Virus record (IMG/VR): IMGVR_UViG_3300046167_000924
Location: 1 to 64,000 of that record
DNA: 64,000 bases
Origin: a virus
Reading direction: 5' to 3' (one strand)
The notes beneath the pieces are model-generated. The model made no database searches. It saw only the letters and a list, made by a program, of their open reading frames with translations, and was not told where the DNA came from. Made by a program: the position numbers and the translations under genes. Numbering within the stretch: the stretch's first letter is position 1; the number at the start of each line of letters is the position of its first letter. Below are positions 48,858 to 57,415 of the stretch, piece after piece.

Positions 48858-49591
48858 GCTATTGGGGCTTTTACAGATATAATATCTTGAGTTTTTAAAA
48901 TTTCTTGAGCCTTAGTTTTGAAAATCTTTTTTAAATTTTTAATTTGCTTGTAGCCAGCTTTTCTACCCTTTTCAGATGTCTTATAGCCCATTTTTTTCGC
49001 AACCTCTTCTTCCTCTATATTCTTGATAAATAACAATTCATAAACAAGGTACTGTTTTTTTGATAATTCTTTTTTCATAGCTTGATTTAATTTACCTTGG
49101 GCAGTAAGCATGTCAAAACTTTCGTCCTGCATAACTCCAACTTCGTGAGCATGATTTTCTAACGCCAATGCCATTTTGATTCCATACGCAGACTTTTTCG
49201 TTTTTTCCCATTTTGCATAAAGCGGGCAAGAGGAATCCTGCATACCGCTCTTCGTAAAGCCGCAAAGAGATCCTGTTGCGGAGTCCTGAGATGCGCACGA
49301 TTGATTAAATGGGCAATTAAGGCACGGTCTTACGAAATTACTATAATTATTACGCAAGATATTTTTCATTTGATTGGTTATAATTTTATTAATCCATGGC
49401 TTGAGCGATCTAGATTGATCCCATTGATCCCATTTTTTATGAATGTGAGCTTTTATGATTTGTTCTACATCTTCAAAATCAAACCACGCCAATGAATCTA
49501 AGAACCATTTTCCGCGTCTTTTTCTGACTTCTAAATCAATTTCGTCAGATTTGTCTTCGTATCTAAACTTAGGACTTTCTTGGTCTGCCAC
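48848..49591 (-). CDS. Phage sigma70/ECF-like sigma factor with Cys-rich insert
   Basis: Region 2-like DFEDVEQ..KKWDQWD..LKPWINKIITNQMKN; CLNC..C..C..C insert; region 4-like LSKKQYLVYELLF..EEVAKKMGY; start GTG 49591 assumed. Confidence 0.7.
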   Translation of the reverse strand: MADQESPKFRYEDKSDEIDLEVRKRRGKWFLDSLAWFDFEDVEQIIKAHIHKKWDQWDQSRSLKPWINKIITNQMKNILRNNYSNFVRPCLNCPFNQSCASQDSATGSLCGFTKSGMQDSSCPLYAKWEKTKKSAYGIKMALALENHAHEVGVMQDESFDMLTAQGKLNQAMKKELSKKQYLVYELLFIKNIEEEEVAKKMGYKTSEKGRKAGYKQIKNLKKIFKTKAQEILKTQDIISVKAPIAWS

Positions 49592-49946
49592 GTTTCTTAG
49601 GTTTTGGAGCTTCTTCCTGGAAATTTTCAAACTCATCTAAAGGAATTAAATCCTTAAGATTCATCTTGTTATTGTCTTGCTCAATGCTATAAGAAAAATT
49701 TGATATATCGGGAACCTCAAAAATATCAACGCCGTCAGGATCGAAATCCTCTGAAGGCATAGGTCTACTTCGCTTGGGTGAAGATCCTAATTTCCTAGGC
49801 GCAGCCTTAGGGCTACCTAGGTTAGCGTTCGTTTGTTTTGCTGCCGACAATATGCTCAAACCTTCTCCGCAACCACCGCAAAATTTTGGTGCCTGCAAAG
49901 AGTACATATTTTTAAAACCACAATGAGGACAATAAGAAAAAGCCAT
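49569..49946 (-). CDS. Zinc-ribbon protein
   Basis: YCPHCG..KFCGGCG. Confidence 0.7.
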   Translation of the reverse strand: MAFSYCPHCGFKNMYSLQAPKFCGGCGEGLSILSAAKQTNANLGSPKAAPRKLGSSPKRSRPMPSEDFDPDGVDIFEVPDISNFSYSIEQDNNKMNLKDLIPLDEFENFQEEAPKPKKRGRPRKS

Positions 49947-49973
49947 AATATCATATTATAGCTTAAAAAAAAA

Positions 49974-50564
49974 TTATATCAAATAACCGCTTATTACCCT
50001 AGCTTGTTTTTTTGTGAATTCTTCGGCCCCAGAACTCCACATTCTTTGATCCTTCACATATTCTAAACATATTACTCCTATAATTTTACCATTTAAGGTT
50101 TTTATGGGGCGAGCGAAAAGACTTTTAACGCCCTTTGCTTGAAGAAATGATCTAAACGCGAGATCTTCATCATAAATTGAAATATCTTTGCACGCAAACG
50201 TTTTTTCTTGAGATATGCATTTCACTAATCCGTGAAAATTAGATATACGAATATTTTGGAGAGAATGCGCTTCCACACTAATACCATCACCGACAACCTC
50301 ATATGTACAACTCATTTTTTGTTGACTTCTTCCTGAGAAATAATGCTCTCCATTGTGAAACTCTAAAATAGATACTCGATCTGCTTCAGTTTCTTCTTTT
50401 ATATATTCTAATGCCGTAATAACATTACTATGTAATTGCGGGTCATAATTTAATTGTTTATGCTTTTTTTCATCGTATTTGACTTTCAGCCACATTCCGA
50501 CTACTGCAGTCGCGGCAGATACGGCTCCAGTTAACACGGTTATAATATCTAAACCTAAATTCAT
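49974..50564 (-). CDS. Single-TM protein with GAF-like domain (holin-like architecture)
   Basis: N-terminal TM then DRVSILEFHNG..SCTYEVV..PIK..G.IIGVICLEY; start ATG 50564 overlapping upstream stop. Confidence 0.55.
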   Translation of the reverse strand: MNLGLDIITVLTGAVSAATAVVGMWLKVKYDEKKHKQLNYDPQLHSNVITALEYIKEETEADRVSILEFHNGEHYFSGRSQQKMSCTYEVVGDGISVEAHSLQNIRISNFHGLVKCISQEKTFACKDISIYDEDLAFRSFLQAKGVKSLFARPIKTLNGKIIGVICLEYVKDQRMWSSGAEEFTKKQARVISGYLI

Positions 50565-50833
50565 GTTCTTTTTGTAAAAAATGATAGCCCTACAGAAGTT
50601 GCAAAAACAAGAAATATTATAAACAAGAACCATTTTACAGGAGCCTGGTTTTCATATGTATTGATCTGAGATTCTGAATATTCCTCCATCGAGATTACTG
50701 AGTCTCGATTTACATCTACTTGTTCAAATTGCTTTGATTGAACTGGGACTGGATTTAACTTATTGTTTATTGGCTTATTTATTGAGCACGACAAAACAAA
50801 AAATAAAGATAATATAAATAATATTTTATTCAT
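50561..50833 (-). CDS. Putative lipoprotein with EF-hand and C-terminal TM
   Basis: Signal MNKILFILSLFFVLS-C; EF-hand-like DVNRDSVISMEE; C-terminal WFLFIIFLVFATSVGLSFF. Confidence 0.55.
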   Translation of the reverse strand: MNKILFILSLFFVLSCSINKPINNKLNPVPVQSKQFEQVDVNRDSVISMEEYSESQINTYENQAPVKWFLFIIFLVFATSVGLSFFTKRT

Positions 50834-51264
50834 CTTTTCTTGCTAGGGATAGCGTAAAAGCCTACTACCATAAAACATAAATCCATAAACGATGCAAGCA
50901 TTAAACCTCCAGTCATTTGCACCATCTCCCAATCTTTACCTCCCAGGATCCAAGAAAAGAAACCCCATTTTGCTCCGTCGCCCTTGGGGACAATTAAATT
51001 ATAAGTTATATGAGGATTCATTGCATAATAAATCATCAAAAAACACATAGTAAAAGTGATGGTCATAAACAGTATTCTTCTTGTAACCTTAACAAATGAA
51101 TCGCTTGCATTTTTCTCTTGGCTTTCGATTAACGCATGCAGCATTTTTTCGTCTCTTGCGGCGAGAGCTAATTGATCTTGTCTTTTTTGCTCAAGCCAGG
51201 AGTTAAGCAGGTTGCAGCCTAATTTTATTCCAGCTCCAATTATCGTATTCAATATCGGTCCCAT
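50830..51264 (-). CDS. Multi-pass membrane protein (possible holin)
   Basis: Several hydrophobic segments in 144 aa; GTGTATA upstream. Confidence 0.5.
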   Translation of the reverse strand: MGPILNTIIGAGIKLGCNLLNSWLEQKRQDQLALAARDEKMLHALIESQEKNASDSFVKVTRRILFMTITFTMCFLMIYYAMNPHITYNLIVPKGDGAKWGFFSWILGGKDWEMVQMTGGLMLASFMDLCFMVVGFYAIPSKKR

Positions 51265-51319
51265 AGCTATATATACACCCTCAATATGAAAAAAAATAGT
51301 TTTTGTGTAATATATATTA

Positions 51320-51520
51320 ATGTCACACAGGAGAATTTTAGAAACGCTTAGTAAAAATTTAAATTCGTATCAATCAACCCGTTGGTTAAAAACAGAAAAT
51401 GATCGACTAAATGGATCAACTCCAGCAGAATTAATGATGGAAGATCAACAAGATAAAGTATTTAAAATACTAGACGAAGAAATTAAAAGAATAAAAAGTA
51501 AAAAAGGTACCAATATTTAG
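51320..51520 (+). CDS. Antitoxin Xre/MbcA/ParS C-terminal (DUF2384-like) domain protein
   Basis: WLKTENDRLNGSTPAELM..G-like pattern (WL..pN..L.G.tP..ll); no toxin gene adjacent. Confidence 0.65.
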   Translation: MSHRRILETLSKNLNSYQSTRWLKTENDRLNGSTPAELMMEDQQDKVFKILDEEIKRIKSKKGTNI

Positions 51521-51521
51521 A

Positions 51522-52073
51522 TTAAGCTTTTATATTAGCCTGCAATGTTGCAGATATAGTAAAGGAATTATAGCTAAGCCGCCAACCACGACTAGACTTG
51601 CTGGAATGATAGCCAAAAACCTTCATATTCGAAATTTCTATAATATCATCATAAATTTTGATTGTTGCAGTTAATTTGATTGGCATATCACCCCCGAATG
51701 ACCTGGAGCTTTTTCCCGTCAGTATATCAACATTATTTGTTGTACTCGGTATTCCATAATTGGTGAAATTGGCAATTCCTGCAGATTTAGTTAGAGAAAA
51801 TTTCCCGTCGAAACCGTTACTAGTAACTTGCACTAATGCTGCGCTATTTAACGATAATAGATTGTTATAGCTAAAGATTATTTTTCCAGGGTTGTTTCCT
51901 GCCGCAGTAGTTGTTTTGGTTTCTGTTTGAACTTCTCCTTGCGAAATTGAAGACAAGGCAGTCGCTGCGAGCATTTTGTATGTCGCCCCATTAGGCTTTT
52001 GAATGATAATTAAATCCTGTGAGGGGTCAAAGTTATTCGCGGGTAAATCCGGCAGGTCATTAATTTTGGTCAT
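51522..52073 (-). CDS. Putative virion/tail-associated protein
   Basis: Start reassigned to ATG 52073 (MTKINDLP..) after GTGTATG; beta-rich, S/T/N/G-rich. Confidence 0.5.
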   Translation of the reverse strand: MTKINDLPDLPANNFDPSQDLIIIQKPNGATYKMLAATALSSISQGEVQTETKTTTAAGNNPGKIIFSYNNLLSLNSAALVQVTSNGFDGKFSLTKSAGIANFTNYGIPSTTNNVDILTGKSSRSFGGDMPIKLTATIKIYDDIIEISNMKVFGYHSSKSSRGWRLSYNSFTISATLQANIKA

Positions 52074-52221
52074 GAGATATATACATACACTATTTCTAAT
52101 TAAATAAAATATTTCTGCAGAAACTCTCTGCATTTTATTATTGTATAATACATATATTATTGAATATATTCTATTGCAAAACAATTTATAGAATATTACA
52201 ACACACACTATATAATATAAT

Positions 52222-52446
52222 GTGAATCAGCCTTTAAGTATTGTTAGTTTGTTATTATTGATATTTTATTTAGGGTGGTTCGCATGGGAGCAACGAGGAT
52301 TACTACATGAGCAACAAAGAGAAATACAAAAATTAGAACAACAATTAATATTTCAATCTATAGTAATAGACGCTACGCTTCAAGAAAATAATTCACCACT
52401 GAATAAACAAAAATATAATTCGCCGCAAAAATACTTTAATTTTTAA
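52222..52446 (+). CDS. Small TM plus coiled-coil protein
   Basis: N-terminal hydrophobic helix, Q/E-rich. Confidence 0.55.
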   Translation: MNQPLSIVSLLLLIFYLGWFAWEQRGLLHEQQREIQKLEQQLIFQSIVIDATLQENNSPLNKQKYNSPQKYFNF

Positions 52447-52468
52447 CAATAACTTATACTATATACAT

Positions 52469-52759
52469 ATGACAACGGAAAATACAACATCTGAATCAAA
52501 CGAAAACGTCGATCCTAAGCAAGAAGAAGCTACGGTTGCATTAGCAAATCAAATTCTTGCAAGAGTGAATGTATCTGAGGCATTGTCCATGATATCCTTG
52601 AATGCTGTTCTGCAGTTAGTTCAAAATAAAGTTGTTGAACAAGCGCGCTCAGAGGTTGAGAAAATGGATGATGATCAAATTGAAGATCTATTGAATCCTC
52701 CTGCTGAAACAGAAGACGTCGAAGACGATTCTGAAGAAGCTAGTAGCGAAGACTCCTGA
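52469..52759 (+). CDS. Acidic hypothetical protein
   Basis: 96 aa ORF, E/D-rich. Confidence 0.65.
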   Translation: MTTENTTSESNENVDPKQEEATVALANQILARVNVSEALSMISLNAVLQLVQNKVVEQARSEVEKMDDDQIEDLLNPPAETEDVEDDSEEASSEDS

Positions 52760-53054
52760 TCCAAGTCAGGATTTCATTCATATTAGAATAATTTATACGA
52801 TCCGTGGTGTAATTTGCGCCACGGGTCGTTTTTATTTTATGTCCAGATTGATTTTCTGTTTCTAGAATCATTTGCGATACAAAATCATGTGCGCCATTAG
52901 ATTTTAACCAATTCCAATATATTGCACGAGTTCCAGGTTGACACTCGACAAGAACATCTTCAAAAACAAATAATTTAGCAAATAATGTAACATCGCGAAA
53001 ACATGTTACTTCACTGGGTGGTTCTGTTAAGCAAGATTCTATAATTAAAATCAT
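52740..53054 (-). CDS. Hypothetical protein
   Basis: 104 aa ORF downstream of 53057..53971. Confidence 0.6.
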   Translation of the reverse strand: MILIIESCLTEPPSEVTCFRDVTLFAKLFVFEDVLVECQPGTRAIYWNWLKSNGAHDFVSQMILETENQSGHKIKTTRGANYTTDRINYSNMNEILTWIRSLRY

Positions 53055-53056
53055 AA

Positions 53057-53971
53057 TTATGCTCGCTCAATATCCCATTTTTTTATTAAATAATTTGCAA
53101 CAGGGTTAACATCTGTAGTAGGAATGCATATCATTTCTGCGATATCAGCTTTTAATCTTTGAGTTTGAGCGTGATTACAACAAATGTTTAATTTAGAAGG
53201 AAACCAATATCTTGGATTTGATACGTCGGGCTCAAAACCAGCTTGGTTAGTTTGTTGATTAGTTCGAATAAATCTTACGGCTTTATGATATACATTATCT
53301 TCATAATTAAAAATTTTAGTAGTCAGATAGTTCACTGTTACAGTTGATTTTATTTGTGGAAGCGTATTAGGTATAACCTGCTCAGGTCTGCCGTCTACAG
53401 AAAGAAAGATTGATCCTGACCTAAAGCTAATTGACAGCAAGTGCCAATCTTGACTAACATTAATGTTATTGTTGGCTGTTCGCTTGCTACTTGAATACAT
53501 ATGGTCGTGCACATAGTCGCTTCCACTAAACGTTTTATTTACATTGTTTTTGTATCTCATTCTCCCCATAAAGTTTTTTGCTAGACCTGCTCTATATTCC
53601 CAGTCTTTATGGTGTGAAATTAAACTTTGAAAAGCATTAGTCACTTGATTAACCTTGAAAACAAGATAAATTGTATTATTGTCATAACTAAAATCCCATG
53701 GAGATTCTAAATAAGATTGACCATTAAAAGATAAATATCTTAAATCCAGTCCTCTACTATTTGTATAACTTTTAACTGTTATTCCTGATGAAGAAGGACC
53801 TTCTTGTGTGAAATTTTTAAGTAAACTATTTGATGATTTATTATATGCATATTCAATGAAATTAGTGCCGGAGTGGTTTAAAACTGAAAAATCATCAGAA
53901 GGATCCAACCATAAAACACTTCGAGTAGATAAATATGCATCCATCAAAGAAAAGTTTGTTATATAACTCAT
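53057..53971 (-). CDS. LamG/concanavalin-like domain protein
   Basis: VLWLDPSD, FNGQSYL, DIAEMI..NYL..KW patterns shared with 6111..7103. Confidence 0.5.
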   Translation of the reverse strand: MSYITNFSLMDAYLSTRSVLWLDPSDDFSVLNHSGTNFIEYAYNKSSNSLLKNFTQEGPSSSGITVKSYTNSRGLDLRYLSFNGQSYLESPWDFSYDNNTIYLVFKVNQVTNAFQSLISHHKDWEYRAGLAKNFMGRMRYKNNVNKTFSGSDYVHDHMYSSSKRTANNNINVSQDWHLLSISFRSGSIFLSVDGRPEQVIPNTLPQIKSTVTVNYLTTKIFNYEDNVYHKAVRFIRTNQQTNQAGFEPDVSNPRYWFPSKLNICCNHAQTQRLKADIAEMICIPTTDVNPVANYLIKKWDIERA

Positions 53972-53979
53972 ATTATTAT

Positions 53980-54711
53980 TTACACTTTCTTTTGTATTTT
54001 ACTTATTACATATTTTAGTATTTCACTTCTTTTTATATCTTCTGCTCCAAAATGAAATGTATGTATACCTTTTTCTTTACTTTGATCATCATTAAAAAGA
54101 GAATACATGTCTGCGAAGCCACTCTTTCCATTGATATCACTTTGCATTGGATCACCACAAATAATTAATTTACTGCCGCGACCAAGTCGGGTCATGAGTG
54201 TGGTAAGTTCTTTGAATGTAAAATTCTGCGATTCATCAGCAATAACAATTTCATTCATCCAACTTGCGCCGCGAAGATAATTTACAGGCATTCCTTTGAC
54301 GATATTCTTCTCTTTTATGAGACTGGCTTGGCCAGGAATCAAAAGTTCGTCCAGCTTTTCATTCATAGGCATCATGTATGGATTGATTTTCTCGGCCATT
54401 TCTCCAGGTAGTGCGCCAAGGCTTTTTTCGCCACTCTCGGCGATTGTGCGGACATATGTAATGCCGCGGTCATTATTCATATTATATAATTGTAATGCTC
54501 CATATATTGCTACATATGTTTTACTTGTTCCAGCAGGTCCACTTATAAATATGATACTGGATTCTTTATCAAATATTATTTTTAATAAAGCTAGTTGCTT
54601 TTCTGTTAGGCTTATTTTTTTTAGCTTGATATTGCGTTTGTGGATTGATGAAGCGATTTTGTCAATCTCGTTCTCATCCGTTATCTCGGGTTGTTTACGT
54701 TTTCGAGCCAT
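53980..54711 (-). CDS. phoH: PhoH-family ATPase
   Basis: GPAGTSKT, LGALPG..EK..PY, YLRGASW, DESQN, TRLG, GDPMQSD. Confidence 0.92.
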   Translation of the reverse strand: MARKRKQPEITDENEIDKIASSIHKRNIKLKKISLTEKQLALLKIIFDKESSIIFISGPAGTSKTYVAIYGALQLYNMNNDRGITYVRTIAESGEKSLGALPGEMAEKINPYMMPMNEKLDELLIPGQASLIKEKNIVKGMPVNYLRGASWMNEIVIADESQNFTFKELTTLMTRLGRGSKLIICGDPMQSDINGKSGFADMYSLFNDDQSKEKGIHTFHFGAEDIKRSEILKYVISKIQKKV

Positions 54712-54873
54712 TTTACTATTATATTATACACTTATTTAAGTTATTTTTATATAGTGGCCGGATTTTTTTTGAGTCGAGCAATATGTTATAATTTATTAGG
54801 TTGTATTTCATATTGAAAAAAGGCACCCCCGGCGTCTATTGCACAATGCGATTGAAAAATGAATTCATTTAAT

Positions 54874-54899
54874 GGGTAGGGTCATAGGGGGGTAGGGGG
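54874..54899 (+). other. G-quadruplex-compatible G-tract cluster
   Basis: GGG-TA-GGG-TCATA-GGGGGG-TA-GGGGG in AT-rich intergenic DNA. Confidence 0.55.
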
Positions 54900-54953
54900 T
54901 ACAATATATCTAATAAATATAAACTTTTTTAAACTTTTTTTTCTATGTTTTCA

Positions 54954-54978
54954 TAAGTACTTCTTTATCATATACTTA
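54954..54978 (+). repeat. Solo 25-bp palindromic box
   Basis: TAAGTACTTCTTTATCATATACTTA followed by CAGCACAAAG, upstream of a TTGACT promoter. Confidence 0.6.
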
Positions 54979-55082
54979 CAGCACAAAGTTTTTTTGCTAT
55001 GGGCTTGACTTTTGGCCAAAGTATGTTAGATTGTATATATAAGATTAATTAAAACACTTTAACAATTAACAAAATAAAAATT

Positions 55083-55331
55083 ATGAAATTATCACAAAAT
55101 AAAATACAAGCTCTCTTTTCAATACTTGCCGACGCTGACGAAGGTTGTAACGATCGTGCTTGCGATAACTTAGCAGAAGCCTTTGGTGGTAAACTTGGGC
55201 TTGGTGAAGTTGTTTCTTTACCTTCTGAGTTGTCATCTGAAAAAGTTGTTTCTGAAATACAAGATCCTGAGTTGTTTTGGGAGTCAGGATGCGTCGAAGC
55301 TTGTGAAGAAATACTTGAGCTTGTAAAATAA
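55083..55331 (+). CDS. Early-region hypothetical protein
   Basis: 82 aa ORF after TTGACT..TAGATT promoter. Confidence 0.6.
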   Translation: MKLSQNKIQALFSILADADEGCNDRACDNLAEAFGGKLGLGEVVSLPSELSSEKVVSEIQDPELFWESGCVEACEEILELVK

Positions 55332-55370
55332 AGCTTGCATTTTAAATCTTAAAACCTATAATAAATAATT

Positions 55371-55586
55371 ATGAATAAATCACAAATACTTTTCAAAATA
55401 GAATGTTTAAACAGTCGCTTAGATGCTTTTGAGTATGTTCGTGGAATCGGATGGTCTCCTGCTAAAGGGAAAGACAGAATTGAAATTCTTTCAGAAATTA
55501 AAAATTTAAGAGCTGAATTGCCTCGCGCAGAATACGAGCAAGAAGTTGCACAATACGGATGGAAGTCTGTAGAGCGTAATGCTTAA
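55371..55586 (+). CDS. Early-region hypothetical protein
   Basis: TTGCAT-16-TATAAT-8-ATG. Confidence 0.65.
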   Translation: MNKSQILFKIECLNSRLDAFEYVRGIGWSPAKGKDRIEILSEIKNLRAELPRAEYEQEVAQYGWKSVERNA

Positions 55587-55589
55587 ATT

Positions 55590-55666
55590 GTCAGAATAGC
55601 TCAGCAGGTTAGAGCGTTGGAATCATAACCCAAAGGTCGGCGGTTCAAATCCGCCTTCTGACACCA
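55590..55666 (+). tRNA. tRNA with CAT anticodon (Met or lysidine-Ile2)
   Basis: Acceptor GTCAGAA/TTCTGAC, D arm GCTC/GAGC, loop ATCATAA, T loop TTCAAAT, encoded CCA. Confidence 0.88.
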
Positions 55667-55667
55667 A

Positions 55668-55742
55668 GGGCTAATAGCTCAGTGGTAGAGCACCGCCTTG
55701 ATAAGGCGGCGGTCGGTGGTTCAAGTCCACCTTAGCCCACCA
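55668..55742 (+). tRNA. tRNA-Ile(GAT)
   Basis: Acceptor GGGCTAA/TTAGCCC, anticodon arm CCGCC-TTGATAA-GGCGG, T loop TTCAAGT, encoded CCA. Confidence 0.95.
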
Positions 55743-55753
55743 CTTTAATCTCG

Positions 55754-55830
55754 TAAAGTGTTAAGCGTCAACAACTTACGAGAAATTCTCCTAGGCTTTT
55801 TTGCGTAACTCGTTGGTATACAGCGACTTA
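55754..55830 (+). repeat. 77-bp two-box element 1
   Basis: Box 55754-55778, 27-nt spacer, box 55806-55830, then CAACAAA. Confidence 0.85.
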
Positions 55831-55884
55831 CAACAAACCTAAAACTTTTCTCAAAATAAACAAACTTTTTTTTGCGTGTTTGCA

Positions 55885-55909
55885 TAAGTATATGATAATC
55901 AACAGCTTA
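55885..55909 (+). repeat. Solo 25-bp palindromic box
   Basis: TAAGTATATGATAATCAACAGCTTA followed by CAACACAAAC. Confidence 0.75.
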
Positions 55910-55970
55910 CAACACAAACTTTTTTTGTTTCAGGCTTGACTTTTGTCGATTTATAGATTAGTTTAATAGT

Positions 55971-56117
55971 ATGTTAGATAAGAAAATAGAACAATTCATT
56001 CAAGACAACGGTCTTGTTCGTGTTCAAGCAAGCCCAATGTCAGAGGCTTTTGACCTTTGGGAATGTCCTGGTGGTCATGTTTGGAATCTTGAGATGATTA
56101 AACAAGCAATAAAATAA
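55971..56117 (+). CDS. Early-region small protein (48 aa)
   Basis: Hand-translated MLDKKIEQFIQDNGL...MIKQAIK; TTGACT-17-TAGTTT-6-ATG. Confidence 0.6.
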   Translation: MLDKKIEQFIQDNGLVRVQASPMSEAFDLWECPGGHVWNLEMIKQAIK

Positions 56118-56166
56118 TTCGCTTTTTGCTTGCAATTACATAAAAAATAGTTTACATTTAAAACAT

Positions 56167-56445
56167 ATGATTAAGACAAATAAAACAACATTCAAAGCAA
56201 TCGTCCATGTACATTCTATTGACGGAGATAAACTTCCATTGTGGAACACACACATGAACGCTTTTGTAGACACTACCTTAACACATCACATCTTGGAAAT
56301 TACTGCTGAAAACAAGCACGAAGTTCGTGCCAAGATCTCTCGCATGATGCCAAAATTACAACACAAAGTCCAACTTAAAAAAGGCTTTGAAAGAAAAGAA
56401 GGCGACAATGCCACTTGGTACATTCAACAAATTTATTCGAAATAA
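56167..56445 (+). CDS. Early-region protein, paralog of 57475..57750
   Basis: MIK start; TTGCAA-17-TACATT-8-ATG. Confidence 0.7.
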   Translation: MIKTNKTTFKAIVHVHSIDGDKLPLWNTHMNAFVDTTLTHHILEITAENKHEVRAKISRMMPKLQHKVQLKKGFERKEGDNATWYIQQIYSK

Positions 56446-56484
56446 GTTTGACACAATAAACAAAATACTTTAATCTACTATCAT

Positions 56485-56700
56485 ATGACAAATACATTAG
56501 AAGACAAATACCCAACTCTCGCAGTCGGGCTTGCAATGTCCAAAGCAGAAGGAAACTTAAAGTTTCTTGCTCAAGCTGAGATGTCAACCTTTACACAAGG
56601 GGAAGCCGTACTTGATGCGTTGCACGCATTACAGCAAGCACGCAAGGCATACGCTGAAGTCACAAAAGAGTTGAGTGAATTAAGAGACGGCTTAAAATAA
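56485..56700 (+). CDS. Early-region hypothetical protein
   Basis: TTGACA-17-TAATCT-8-ATG. Confidence 0.65.
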   Translation: MTNTLEDKYPTLAVGLAMSKAEGNLKFLAQAEMSTFTQGEAVLDALHALQQARKAYAEVTKELSELRDGLK

Positions 56701-56758
56701 TGCTTGACATAATCATTCTGTCTGTCATAATAGGAATCATAACAACAATAAAAGAATC

Positions 56759-57067
56759 ATGCGAAAAGTAACACAACAAATTAAACAAGCATTTGAACGC
56801 GGCGAAGCTAAGACGATTGGCAACACCACCACAGACGGCAACACCGTTTGGTTGCATGGTAACGCGATTGTCAAGCGTGACGCTGACGGCTTGGTTAGAT
56901 GGTCGCTTGCAGGATGGAACACACCCACCACACGCGAACGCGTCAACGGCATAGCTAATGCAGATGTTTGCCAATTCAAATTCGAGCCTATACTAAACGG
57001 GCAAGTCATTGACTCATCCGATTGGTTCGCATCGCCTAATTCATTGCCCGATCCTCTTGTGTTCTAA
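56759..57067 (+). CDS. Conserved phage early protein
   Basis: LHGNAI and SLAGWNTPTTRERVNG motif recalled from other phage small proteins; stop codon lies in box of element 2. Confidence 0.7.
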   Translation: MRKVTQQIKQAFERGEAKTIGNTTTDGNTVWLHGNAIVKRDADGLVRWSLAGWNTPTTRERVNGIANADVCQFKFEPILNGQVIDSSDWFASPNSLPDPLVF

Positions 57068-57141
57068 GTAGCACAGAGTCAACGACTTAGGGCAAATCGC
57101 CCTAGGCTTTTTTGCGTAACTCATTGAATACCAACAGCTTA
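57065..57141 (+). repeat. 77-bp two-box element 2
   Basis: Box 57065-57089, spacer GGGCAAATCGCCCTAGGCTTTTTTGCG, box 57117-57141. Confidence 0.9.
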
Positions 57142-57217
57142 CAACAAAATGAAAAAAAAGTTAAAAAAAATGAAAATAATACTTGACTTTTGCCGTTTTG
57201 TCTGATACATTGTATAT

Positions 57218-57415
57218 ATGATTAAGAATAATAAAATACAAGTTCGCATTAAAGAATGGTCAACCCATTGGTCAGTTAAGATCTTTGATCAAGGCACCGA
57301 CTCACAAGGCAATGATCGCCCACGAGTTCGCACGGCATCAAGCCAATCACATCTTAACAAGATCATGAGAGACGAAGGATTTAATCAATTCCGTTTTAAT
57401 GTTGTCTTTCAATAA
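57218..57415 (+). CDS. Early-region hypothetical protein
   Basis: MIK start; TTGACT-17-TACATT-6-ATG. Confidence 0.7.
   Translation: MIKNNKIQVRIKEWSTHWSVKIFDQGTDSQGNDRPRVRTASSQSHLNKIMRDEGFNQFRFNVVFQ

Noticed and set aside
56660-57009. Minus-strand ORFs in the early region (also 57626..57961, 59602..59937, 59934..60146)
   Set aside because: Antisense to promoter-supported plus-strand genes, with no promoter or motif support of their own.
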